Positions 1 through 11,458 of a stretch of DNA of 64,000 nt are shown piece by piece. Origin of the DNA: Takakia lepidozioides (Eukaryota > Plantae > Bryophyta); contig CM060734.1 of the NCBI GenBank assembly GCA_030704615.1, positions 22,816,001 to 22,880,000 of the forward strand, read 5' to 3'. A program made the translations under genes and the position numbers. The notes beneath the pieces were generated by a model. That model was not told where the DNA came from. It saw nothing but the letters and a program-made list of their open reading frames with translations, and did not search any database. The stretch's first letter is position 1. Each line of letters opens with the position of its first letter.

Positions 1-165
1 TTCGGAGGTCGCATGTGCACCTATTACTTTCCGATCCATGCCTCTCATGGTAGTGTCGCACAGTTGAATGAGATGAGACGTTTGTTGTCTAACTTCTACG
101 GAACTAATACATCGTTTTCTCATAACCCTATCCAAACCTTGGAACATTACAAATATAAACAGTGA
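1..165 (+). CDS. Possible 3' end of an ORF entering the window, convergent with the kinase ORF
   Basis: Frame 1 is open from base 1 to TGA at 163-165 (FGGRMCTYYFPIH...HYKYKQ*). No recognisable motif. Confidence 0.25.
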   Translation, partial: FGGRMCTYYFPIHASHGSVAQLNEMRRLLSNFYGTNTSFSHNPIQTLEHYKYKQ

Positions 166-333
166 GCCAGTACACAAACCATTTATGTTGCGATGACAGG
201 TGCCAAGGTCGAGCATATGCAATGTAGTATTTACAATGGGACTTTATTTATTACATGCACGATCAAAATTGAGTCATGTCTTCATAAAAGAACCATTGTA
301 CCGCCATAAATATCATATCTACGAGACTATGGT

Positions 334-1787
334 CTACTCCGTCCTATATACGTCTTTCGGCTCAGGCCAATTGAATGGCTTGCCCATGAACCGAAGTACT
401 ACATGGGCTAATGTGACTATCTCATTCTTGTTGTTGTCGTACAACCTTTGTAGCATTGAATGCCAACAACCTCCCGTAAATTGGTCCTTGAACGTACTTT
501 GATCATAATGAGCGCCGCCATTTATTTGTACCGTTATCTTCCCAACAGCAAAGGCCTCCGACGTCATGTCCTGGGGGGAGGGGGGGTTGGCATTCTCATT
601 GAAAACCGATGCAATATCTTTTTCCACCCACCATCTTTTCGCGAGTTCCCGGTCCAGCTTGTCTTGGTTTTCAAACTGGTACGACGAGGCTTTGCGTATG
701 CCCAATGGGGTGGCTAAGCCCCAATCACACACCCCAATCTTGATCTCCTCGGTACCATCTGGAAAATGCAACAAGATGTTGTCGGGGGACAAGTCGTTGT
801 GCAGGACACCGTTCTTGTGGACAACATCCATGATGCACACCAGTGCCCATGCAAGTTTACTGTGCACTTTCCGGAAACGAAGCAAGCGATCGCATTCCTG
901 GAACTCTGCTTCCGTTCCTCTTTGTTCCAAAATCACCCTGTTGTCCGAATCGTTGCCCCATTTTCTGTCAAGGTTCATCATGTCGCGTATTGTCCCTCCA
1001 TTCCACCAGCGAGTGTAACCCTCTACTTCACGTGCATTCACAACAAAATACGAGATAACACCCGGATGTTGGAACTTCACTTCCAAACACTCGTCGTTAT
1101 GTTGTCTCAACGCCTTTTCTGGATTTTTGGACTTGGGTTTTTTTCCCGCTAGCTCCCAACGCTCCAGTATTCTAGAATCGCCAATAATCCTACAATGATG
1201 GACCTTAGCATACCCTCCTTCTTTGTAAGGGCCAATTTCTACCACCTTCACAGTAGAGTTTGGGTAATAAAGACCAGTTGTGCCTCCCCCGCCCGATGAC
1301 CCCGCCTTCCAAGGGACAACCCTAGTCCGGCGATGTGAATTCTGACTTGCCGAGCAAGCCCAATACTCAACACGCCGCATTAACTCAGCTTCGGCGGAGG
1401 GCACTCGACCCTCGGTTGTTCTACCCTTCCATGTCTTCATTAGCTGCCTAAAATTCCACGTGGCGTCTTTCGCCCTGCTTTGGATCCACCGATTGAACTT
1501 CGGTTTGTCCCTGTCCGCCGTCCACTTAGCCCCCGTCAAAGCGTTTATCATTTTCATCTCCATATTTTGCTGAAAAATCTCCATCCATGCCTAACATAAG
1601 CACTCTCCAGCCTCATCATGTCCCTACCCTTGAAATAATCCGCTACCACTTCTTTCACCCTATCCAAGGCATCCGGTCCCGGGTAGTCTGGCTTGTTGAC
1701 CTGGCTATCCCGCTCGTGGGCACGTTTTCTCTTCCTCCGCCCCCCAGACGATCCCGCCCCAGAACTTGAATTCACAACCCCCGACAT
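334..1787 (-). CDS. Intronless atypical non-RD protein kinase-like ORF, with a probable 1-nt frameshift near 1590
   Basis: ORF 334-1584 has KEGGYAKV (Gly-loop variant), LAGK, HNDLSPDNILL (catalytic loop) and VCDWGLA (DFG variant). ORF 1554-1787 (NLS-like RRKRKR) joins it if one base is restored at ESAYV|AWMEIFQ. Confidence 0.8.
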
Positions 1788-2099
1788 TGTATGAACTTTT
1801 GCCCACTACAAGGTCCAAAACCTCAGAAAATGGCAATGTATGCGTGTGGATGGTGTCTTCGTAGTTTTCTGCAAAAAAACAGGCTGCCGGAGATCCGGAA
1901 ACGGCAAAATGGTGATACGATGATTGTACCGTGAACAAGTGTATGGGACTGACCAATAGAAAACCGACAAAACCTCCCCCCCCAAATAATCACCTTTGCA
2001 CCTCCCGTTGGCAGTGCCAAGCAACGAAGTCCAAAAGGACTACAGGATGCCAAGGAACCGCACCACAAGAGGGGCAAAAGTGATCAGAAAATGAGGGGG

Positions 2100-2690
2100 G
2101 AATGGTTTATATAGGCGCCCACCAACCCCCCCCCCGAAAAAAAATAAAAATGGCATTATGCTTGAAAAGGCGCGACAGGCCAGTGGCACCTCGCCACTTG
2201 TCAGCGCGGCGTGACTGGCCAGTCGCACCTCGCCACGCGCACCCACATGGGAGAGGTCAAGGGTTCAAAACCACCTCCCCCCATCCCATTTGTTTCGTTT
2301 TTCTTGACCTGTGGCACCTCGCCACGTGGCTGGCCGAGGCGCCGCTTCATGATTAAAAATAAAAAACAAAACGCCACACGGCGGGTCCCTGGATTTCTAA
2401 GGAAAAAAAAACACGCGTTCGTTGCATGGCGGTCGCTATATTTATAAAAACAAGAAGAGCGACCGCCACATGGCCAATGTAGGCGGTCGCTTATTTTAAA
2501 ATGTAATAAATTATTAAAAATAATAAATTATATGCGACTGCCAATATAGGCGGACACATTTTTTTTAAAGAATTAATAAATATTAATAATTGGCCACGTC
2601 TGTTTTACACCGTGGCTGCCATGTCATTACAAAGGGTAGAAGTAAATCGTAAAAATCAAATGTAAAAAAAAATTACATGGGTAAATGTCC
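2100..2690. mobile_element. Putative DNA-transposon subterminal/terminal region upstream of the kinase
   Basis: Dispersed direct and inverted GC motifs (GGCGGTCGCT...AGCGACCGCC, CACCTCGCCAC x3, GCCACGT) lie in AT-rich spacers. The region ends in ...GGGTAAATGTCC, which resembles a MULE terminus. No TSD can be checked. Confidence 0.3.
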
Positions 2691-3179
2691 GGATTCGACG
2701 TGACGTGACGGCCGACGTGTCAGCGCCACATCACGTCAAGAATGATAACTAGGATTCCACCACCATCATGATAGCTAGACCCCAGACCCATCAGTTACAA
2801 ACACAAATTTCAAAAATGAGAGAACAAAAAGTTCCTGCTGAGCAATGAAACCTCCTCTTTCTGTTGTTTGCATGAAAAATAAGCAAAACCAAATGCTAAC
2901 ATCTTCTCCCCCAGCACCTACAAGTCAGCGACCATCGTGTAATTAGGAATGGAACATAAGGAAAGACATGTACCATAGCAAACATTATGAAATAATTCAT
3001 TAGCATAAATAAAACATATATGCCGCATGGATGCTTCAGGAACAAAGACAGCGAGGAGTGTAACACACTGCAATCATGGAGGTGCTCAATAAGTTCTTCA
3101 AGTTCGAGATGTTCATAAAACCAACTTGAGTGATGACGTTCACAATGAAGAACGATGGAAGTCCGGTCTGACCCATTAG

Positions 3180-3920
3180 GATTTCCATAATGCAGCATGC
3201 AAAGTGGGCATCTTATATGCAGAGTGACGATCCACAATCGCACCCCAGAAAATGTTGGCCAGACATACATGATTTACATGTTGTTTCTCATAATAAACTA
3301 TCTCCGCCATAGCAGGGTCCAGGTAGCATTGTTTGACAACAAATTGGCACATGCATCATCTTTTGATGCCTTTTCATGTTTTTTTTTTTGTAGTCTTTAT
3401 TTGTTTGGGTTTTTCTCCTATTGTGCTGGTCCCACTCTAGGCTTTCTCCCCCTTTTCTTGGGTGGACCTGCACGCCATTTCTTGGCACGCATAGCCTCTG
3501 TTACCTCCATAATGTTTAGGGTATTTGTCTCATGGGCCATAGGCGGCAGTGATACCTACGCCAAAAACATGAGTGGCCTTTCAGAACAGCTCTTATGAAA
3601 AGCATAAGTGCATGGCTAGTGGGATTGGACATAACCTGTACAGTCTAAAGCATTCATTTCGTCGTCATGAATCATGGCATGCTCAACAGGAATTCATACC
3701 TTGTAATGTTCATGGCACAATTGATGCGTGATGCCCGAAGATTCCTAGCAAGGGTGCCTTTCTGTCGAATATGATTGAGGAAGGTGCATGGGGCCTCTTT
3801 CAGGGAGGACTCACCAGCAATGAAGTCGGTCACCCAATTCCAAGGGATATATTCAATTTCAGCTGTGTTTTCATCAGGTAGGTGGGGCAAAATTTTGCCA
3901 TCTTCAACCACTTCAGCCAT
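3180..3920 (-). pseudogene. Degenerate N-terminal part of a SWIM/MULE-like protein (Arabidopsis AT4G13970/AT1G60560-type family)
   Basis: IPWNWVTDFIAGESSLKEAPCTF, then a GT-AG intron at 3699-3556, then YHC-AYGP*D and IKR*CMCQFVVKQCYLDPAMAEIVYYEKQHV. These match recalled family motifs IPYxRVxDFVxGE..P, YWCSFGPDD and KRGCxCHFIVK. Stops and frameshifts are present. Confidence 0.7.
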
Positions 3921-4824
3921 GCTTACACAAACAAGATCCTTCTGAGTTTGCTGATGTCTTCTTTGGCTGCCCTATCCTGCCACAGACGTCGTATTCTTTT
4001 ATTCTGTTGGCAGATACTGGGCATGTAAAATAGCTGCTATATTTATGCATCAGACAACAAATTGTACCCTATGCATGCACAAACTTATTCATGTGGGCCA
4101 AACATGCACACAATTGAATTTACAATGGAATGCTTCATGTTCATGTGGGCAAGATACAAAAACAATTCGATTTGGAATGTGAATGCAGAGTGCCAGGATA
4201 GGGACGCGTTTCGAAAGCATGGAGAGAACTGTTGTACGAGGAAATGCACGACGAGGGTAGCAAAACCCTCGATTGGGGTGGCAATGTATGTGACGACGTG
4301 GCATATATCCGAACGTCCATTCGTTTCCTCAGATTTGCCATTTGAAATTTGAATACCTGTCAGAATGATTTTTGAAAGAGGGCATGATGTATGCTTGGGA
4401 TAGCATGTACTATAGGGGATGGAGGACGATGCCAGGCATGAGGGCAGGATGGGGGCGGGATGGGGATGCGGGAGAGGGCATGTGTCATGTCCCCGCAGCG
4501 GGCACATGAGGCGCGGGAGGGCATGCCGCGCTGCAACGGCCGCGCGGTGTGTGGGCGAGGGAGTCGGGGGTGGGCGTGGGGTGGTGGGGGGTCCACGCTG
4601 GCTGAACCGGGCCCCTCGCATTCAACTCCAGGGCCTCATCTATTACTTGGCAATTACCTGGGCTTGCAGCCCCATCCCATGCCGTGTAAAAAAAAGAAAC
4701 GTCCAGTTGTCTACCTCCCATCGACCCTCCTACTTCTACGCTAGCGCCTCCTGTGGCCCAGATTCGCTCTTCCCACAGTGTCGGGTTGCCTGTCGGGTTG
4801 CCTGACCTTCCCAAACTGGGCAAT

Positions 4825-5536
4825 TGGTTTGGGGTGCAAAAATCAGGATTGAAGTAAATTCTGGCAGGTTATCTACATGCGGGTTTGAGAGTTTTGTCTG
4901 TTGAACTTGTATGAAATAGAGTCCTGTTGAGAAGCTTGACGATCCCAGTGCCCCCAGCCCAACTTCGCCAACCCCAAGCACTCCATCTGCACCAAGCCCC
5001 TTACCAAGCCCCAACCTTCTTTGGACCCTGCTCCCCTGTACTCCTGCAGCAGCCACAACACAACCACAACCAAGTTAGCCCACTCTCAGGATAGGAAAGA
5101 ACTACTCATACTGGCTGTGAAACCACTAGTGATAGAGGGTTGTAGTGCCTCTGGCACCAAATTGGAAGCCACTACTGAGTTGCTTGAAACCCAACCGACA
5201 TAATAGTAGAATTATCTAGAAAGTCAACTAGTGACTAGTGAAACTGCCTATAACTATCTACAGAACTATCTAGAAACTCAACTATTGAACTACTAAAAAT
5301 GGCTATACTATACGCTATACTTACACATGGGCCACACCCTACATTCGTGGGGCCCACCGACTAGACCCTACATTCATGGGCTGTGCTCCCTGCTCTGCTC
5401 CCTGCTTTTATTCCTGGACCATACACGTGGCCTTACGTGGGCTTTTTACATAAGCCCCCCCTCTAATTCCCGGGCCACAGTAATTCTTGGACCACTCTAG
5501 AATTAACAGGGCCCGAATGAAACCGCTCCTACATAT
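4825..5536 (-). repeat. Long terminal-like arm (copy A) of a DNA-transposon family, inverted homolog of 30330-30915
   Basis: The reverse complement begins ATATGTAGGAGCGGTTTCATTCGGGCC...AATTACTGTGGCCC and aligns collinearly, with indels, to 30330-30915. Confidence 0.75.
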
Positions 5537-5699
5537 TGATGGTCTTTTTGCTATTCCATAGGTGGGTTGGTTTAGGGGCGGGGTCTGGGCAGCGGGCCCG
5601 GCCCGGGGGCTTGACGGGCCGGTTGTTGTGGTGGAGGGGGTCGGGATTTGACATGTACGGTCCGGCCGGCTGGGCCCACACCCGCACCAGCATTCAACA

Positions 5700-8600
5700 A
5701 CTCCCATCCTATGTCTAGTGAAAACCCATTTGGTGCAGGCTAGCACAGGATGAATGTGGTAGCCAACCAGCTCACCAACAAACATGGCGAGGATGTGCAT
5801 TGTAGAAGAAATGGTCTAGAGATACTACTACTGGGATTCCAAGCTATACCAATTCCTTTTTGTTCAATGCCACCAGTATGCAAGTTCAGTGGAAGTGTTT
5901 GCCTTCATTACAGCCACTGCAAAACATTTCTTTTGCAGTGCGAAGGATGTGGTTCATCTGCAACTGTTTCTAGTTGAGGTACAGCTGAGGGATCTGTCAC
6001 CATGAGCCCATGAGCAAACTTCCTGTAAGCAAGTGGAAATTATTGCTATGGTGGCTGGTTCCAAACTGTACTGATAGAGGTATACATGCTAGTCAGTTGT
6101 AAACCATTTTGTAGTATCTATCAAATGAGATGACGACCTTACTAAGAGAGCACCTAATGGAGAGACACAAGTTGACCACTCTTTGTTGAAGCCCTGAACA
6201 TGCGATTCTTCAAGACAGCAGATAAAGCATTAGAGGGTGATTCAGTTAGCTCCATATTTTTGAGAGAGAGGATGCTCCATCAAGAGTTTGAATTTACAAG
6301 GATTGTGACACTCATGTTGTTTGTCAGCAGGTGGAGGGTACTGTGCTCATTCAATTCTGAATCAAACGCTGGTTCGGTGGGTTCTTTGTCACATCAATGT
6401 AATTGACTGTTGCAGTTGATGTGTGATTGCATTTGGCTGTTTTCAAAAGACCCTCACCCAGTAACCTGCAAAATCGCATCCTGCAAAATTGATGAAACAA
6501 ACTCGCTGCAGCTATCTGCACCTGCACCACTAGTTCAGACATGCTATTTCTGGCTCAGATGACATAGACATCGCTTTGGCTCTGGACCTCCTCTTCCAAT
6601 TTCTCTGCATCCTCATTTGAGATGGCCAGCAGGCTTCGCAACTGCAAGAGCTTGCCGTAATCCAATGGATATCCATCCAACCAGACCTTCAATGTTGCCT
6701 GATACAACTGCAGCACCTGTATGGCAGACAGGCAACAATTATTTCTTTATGAGCGCCAATAGAATAAAGCTCTGCAATGTTGGTGAGAAGACATTGAGTA
6801 ACGTGGCCTGATACAACTGCAGCACCTGTATGGCAGACAGGCAACAATTATTTCTTTATGTTTAGTATCAAAAGAAGCGCCAATATCATTGTTGGTGAGA
6901 AGACATTTGAGTAATGTGACCAGCACTTACTTCACCGTCCTCGTAGAAGTCTGGCTCAATGCTGGAGCGAGCCACCCGGTTTTCCTCCAAAGCCAGCTCC
7001 ACCTCCACTGCACACCTGTTAAATCCACGAAGCATACTTTAGACTCGCACAGGAAAACACCCAGTTTTGCTTGGTGTTCCCCCCAGTAGTAGATATGAGG
7101 TCAGCTTGAAGGCACTCCACCAGAAACCCCACTGCAGCGGCAGGTCTGCAGCATTGGTATATTTTGAGCTTGGCACCTGCCTCCTATCCTCCCTGTGTAT
7201 GTCATCCCCTCCTTTGAACACAGAACTTGGTGGAACACTGTGAAACACGAACTGTGACCCAAACACCACCAACGACCCAAGGTGGTGATGGCAACTGAAA
7301 GAATGTCACCCGTGCCTAAGATGGATACAGATGTACCAAATATTACATTGCAATGCTTACTTGATCAGGTCATTTGTTCGGACAGCAGCCAGAGCACTAT
7401 TTACCATGGCTGCTTGAGCAACCGAGGCTTTGGCCCGCTCGTAGCGCTCCACCATCTCAGGTGGGGGGGGGGTGTCATGTAGCTTTCCTCAGGGGTGACC
7501 AGTTGCTGCCGGGCGTATTGCTCAGACCGCACGATTAAATACACAATCCACAGAACCACTGACACTGCCACACCAGCTGCCACCCACCCTGATGTCGGCG
7601 ACCTGCACTGGACAATCCATTCACCCTTCCTGCTGATTAAATTACTGCCTCCAGCACAACCGAAATTCCCCTCGTCCTCTCCTCCCTAAGAATTGACCAA
7701 TGGTAAGAAAATGAATTGTTGAAGGCAATTTGGAGAGAATTTGAGTCGTCAAATTTTTTGGTCTCTTCACAAGAAAGTTCCCTAAAGTTAATTGCTTTAT
7801 GGTACCCTGATCCATCCATTCCGCTCCATCTGGGAACAAAAGTGCCTGTCTGTCAATCACCTGGGCATCGAGGCGTAACAGACTCCCAACTTCCAATTTT
7901 CTGGCAACACTCTGCAAGTCTCTTCCCAATAACACATATAGAGATACCTTAGACCACCCCTATCTATCTTGCCCAGGTATTGGAAATGGAGAATGCCGTG
8001 CATGCGAAACAATGACATCATTCCGACCCGTGCTGAACATGCAAAATAGAAGTGGGCACCTTTCAGGTGTATGCACTGGCGGCCTGAATGTCTGAGCTGA
8101 AAGGCTTGCACTCTTCCAATCGCTCATCACTCGTAACACCGGTGCAAACCTTTGATGCTCATTGCTACGCCTGCTAATCGCATTACCTTGCCTCCTGCCC
8201 ACCACGCTATCTATACTCACCTTCTTTTCCCAAGTGTGCTTGTGTGTAGGTGACAATGTATGTTGTTCGGAATGCCTTAATGGTGAATCGCGAATAGTGC
8301 AACCCGCAGATTTTAGGGCTACGTCTGAAAGGGCAATGCAGGGAATAGACGGAAAGATCTTTGGACGCTGAAAAGAATTAGGTGATTGAAAAAGATTGAC
8401 ATGATGCTCGAATTGACAAGCATACATCTGCACAGGATAGTCTGCATTTGACAAAGCTTGCACTAACTGCAGCAATTTTCTTCTCCTCATCCCGTTCCAA
8501 AACATACCACCTCTGCTACTCCACTGGCACTGGATAATCGACCCAACCATTCCAATCTGCCTGCGAAGCTGCGATTGCGAGAGAGACAGGGCAGACGAGG

Positions 8601-8736
8601 AATATGTGGGGGCAACCAAATGCCACATTCTGGCAGCAGAAACCAGAGGCGAAGATAGGGACGAGGAGCTGGCTGAAATCCCACTATGAGGACGGTACGT
8701 ACACCCGACCCCTCCACTCCTACACAGCTCCGCCAT
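5700..8736 (-). pseudogene. Multi-exon gene of unknown function with a plastid transit-peptide-like N-terminus and a hydrophobic segment; 3' part appears disrupted
   Basis: Ser/Arg-rich N-terminus from ATG 8736. Exon-like blocks are bounded by GT-AG (LLGRDLQSVARKLEVG..., GWVAAGVAVSVVLWIVYLIVR, VELALEENRVARSSIEPDFYEDGE, NIEGLVGWISIGLRQ, KFAHGLMVTDPS). Downstream blocks contain in-frame stops. Exon boundaries are approximate. Confidence 0.5.
6697..6918. repeat. ~110-bp tandem duplication covering an intron and its splice acceptor
   Basis: GCCTGATACAACTGCAGCACCTGTATGGCAGACAGGCAACAATTATTTCTTTATG occurs at ~6697 and ~6806. Each copy is followed by AGCGCCAAT...TGTTGGTGAGAAGACATT. Confidence 0.85.
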
Positions 8737-9080
8737 TTCTGTGTGTCAGGGCCAAATCCCTTCCTCCCTTCACAGCTTCCTTGCACCCGTTCTTCACACC
8801 CACCCGCTTCACTCCATCCTTCACTGCCCAATTTCAGCTCAGACCCACCAGCCCCCACCCCCAACTAAAACCAAACAACCTTCCTCTCTCTCTTCCCCAC
8901 TCCCAAAGATGGTGCACACAGAGCAGAGAGGGTCAACCATTCCCCCGCATTCTGCCAGTATGAATGCGTTCGGGATTCTTCCAGATCCTGAATGGATGAA
9001 GGATGCGTTACGGATCTTCTAAATCGGATAGAAAATTCCTTTTCTGGAGCCTGTTCAACGACGCAAATATCGTAGCTTAT

Positions 9081-9699
9081 CCGTAAAGAACTACCCGAGA
9101 ATTGCGCTGTGTGTATTTAGGCGCATGGCGCAATCTCCACTCTAACACACAGTGATCTTACCTATAGGGTAAGGCCCCCTAGGCCGTACTGCGGTGTGAG
9201 GGGAGTTAGGCCCCCTAGGCCCCCTAGCTCGAAGCACTATGACCCGGAGCACCAAGGTGGGCCGAGAGGCTCCGCCCTCGGACTACTCCCCTCACACCGC
9301 GGTACGCCCTCGGAGGGGGGGGCTTTCCCTGCCTAAAGACAGAGGGATCTTTCCCACGGTGGATGGCTTAGATCTTTTGAAGATCTGCGTGCATGGCTCA
9401 TATCCCTAGGATCAAATAAAAAAATGAATTTCGAAAAGAAAAGATGACAGGGCGTAATATCCCACGGGACATTACGCGTAAGATCCCCCGCCCACAGGAT
9501 CTTACGCCGTAATGCCCCTGCCAGCTGTTGACGTGATATTCTATCATATAAGGTCCTTGCAAATACAAAGGGAAAAATCCTATAGGTTTTTACATCTCCG
9601 TAAGGCTCCTGCGACAAAATAGGAGTGATCTTACGAATTCATAAGGCCACAGTTAATTTTTTTAATTTTTTCAATTGAATTCTCGGGCAGTTCTTTACG
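9081..9699. mobile_element. Non-autonomous TIR element with GATCTTACG-type internal repeats
   Basis: CGTAAAGAACTACCCGAGAATT (9082-9103) is the inverted match of AATTCTCGGGCAGTTCTTTACG (9678-9699), 21/22 identical. GATCTTAC/GTAAGATC motifs recur inside. Confidence 0.7.
9165..9331. mobile_element. 167-bp hairpin MITE flanked by a 4-bp direct repeat (CCTA)
   Basis: CCTA|TAGGGTAAGGCCCCC...GCGGTGTGAGGGGAGT ... ACTCCCCTCACACCGC...GGGGCTTTCCCTG|CCTA. Confidence 0.75.
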
Positions 9700-9815
9700 C
9701 AGGAGAAGGGTCCATGTGTCGGGCCTTCCGCCATTTTCGGGACCTGGGGCTCAGGCTACCGCCCTCGTCTACGGCCCTCAATGGCGGAAGGCCCTCCACT
9801 CAGGCCCTTCTCCTA
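9700..9815. mobile_element. 116-bp hairpin MITE flanked by a 4-bp direct repeat (TACG)
   Basis: TACG|CAGGAGAAGGG...GGGCCTTCCGCCATT ... AATGGCGGAAGGCCC...CCCTTCTCCTA|TACG. Confidence 0.75.
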
Positions 9816-10914
9816 TACGTAATTACAAGTATACATACGTTCCCGAGGTAAAAGGTTATTACTTGGGCTTTTGTGTAGGCCCGTCTTTTGGTATCCGAGC
9901 AGTTCGGTTCTTGTGGTTTGCATGTTGTGTGCTTGTGATGATTTATCTGGTTCCATGAGTGGTCTCAATGGCTAGAGAGATCAGCTCAAAGGGAAAGAGA
10001 CCATCAGCAAGGATGGTGGACAGAAGACATGGGAGATGGTGACATGGCCTGAGGTGGTTCCATTTAAGCTTTTGAGGGATGATGGACTTATTGATGGGCT
10101 CAGGTACTTGGGATGTCTAAAGACTCACTGAGAATGACACGAGAATGGAAGGGTAGCAGCAACTATGCCAAACTTCTGAAGTGGCAGTGAAGAATGAAGT
10201 GGAGTTGTGAAGATCTGAACATCAGGTTGGTGCAAAGCCTGAGTTAGGAAGGTTGTCGAAGCACGACGAGAAGCTCTAGGCGATGAGACATGGAACACTA
10301 TTTGGAGCAGACCTGAAATCAAGCTCTACAGATTTGACCATGAACTGTTTGAGACTTGTCTCTCTAAAAGAGAGATAAATCCAGGATTCTAACAGGTTCT
10401 TCACAATGCAATTCAGTGACCAGCATTCAATTGTCCCTAGATAAGTTGTCAAATAGGACTACTTGGGATTTGAGCCAAGCACTGTGACATATGGTAGCAA
10501 GGAGTGTTACTTGAACATCCTCTCCAAGAATTCTAAGAAAGCCCATGTGAGTTCCTTTCAGCATTTGTCGCAGGCCTTCTTCCTTGTATATCCTTCTTCA
10601 GCCAGGTGATGTATGCGAATTGGCATGTATCTCAACAAGGAACCTCTCATGGACCAAGAAGACTGGAATCAGGCCTCCAAAATAGGTGAAGGAGCCTAGG
10701 GGCATTTGGTGAATCTCCAAAAGAAATGGGACATCAAAACTGGTGAAGGTGAACCTGGGCATGAAGGAGTAAATTGGCTGAGGGCATTTGAACCTCAAAT
10801 TGATGAGAACAAAAGAGGGGAGCAACAAGGCACATGAGGAGCTACTATTGTGAAGCGGTGTTGGTTTAATTATATACAAAGGCGAAGTGAAAGCAACTTG
10901 AGAAGGACCGCTCA

Positions 10915-11458
10915 TGATGCCGCTTTTTGGCATCACCTTGAGCAAGGGTTCACCTTAAACCTTTTTTACTAGGAAGATAACCTTGAACCAACCGTGCGCC
11001 CCAATCACTATAATTGGGTCCGCCTTGGAATACTAGTCTGAGGTAACACGCCGAAGCCGCACTACGACTTCGTCCCGAGGCTACACGATTATAGTACGTG
11101 AACGGAAGCACGTAGCTTCCGCGTTAGCCCTCACTACAAGGCAACCCCCTCAGTAGCGCAGTTATAGTACGCACACGCGCCAGGTGCGCACTAGCTGGTG
11201 AACTCCAAAAGAAGGCGCAAGTTTCTTTGCCCCTTAGATGGGAGTCACCCGATTTTGGCACTGCCTAATCCAATTTACCTCTCCCACTTTTGTAGGCTAG
11301 CATGCATTCTACACACTAGTCAACCATACCATGCATCACCATTTCAAACAAAATAGGACGCACAACATTTGGAAACCATTTCATTTATAAACAAAATTTG
11401 CACAACACAAGTTTTTGCAATCGGATTCCTAAGCTAGCTAAACCGGACTAAGCATGCA
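10915..11458 (-). repeat. 3' LTR of the chromovirus
   Basis: Starts TGCATGC immediately after the PPT and ends GCATCA. The end is inferred because the partner LTR is not in the window. Confidence 0.6.

Noticed and set aside
4085-4823. Overlapping 110-180-aa ORFs
   Set aside because: This is GC-rich, GCATG-repeat noncoding TE-like sequence that is open on both strands.
9900-10900. Degenerate coding-like sequence
   Set aside because: All frames examined contain many stops and no motif could be assigned.
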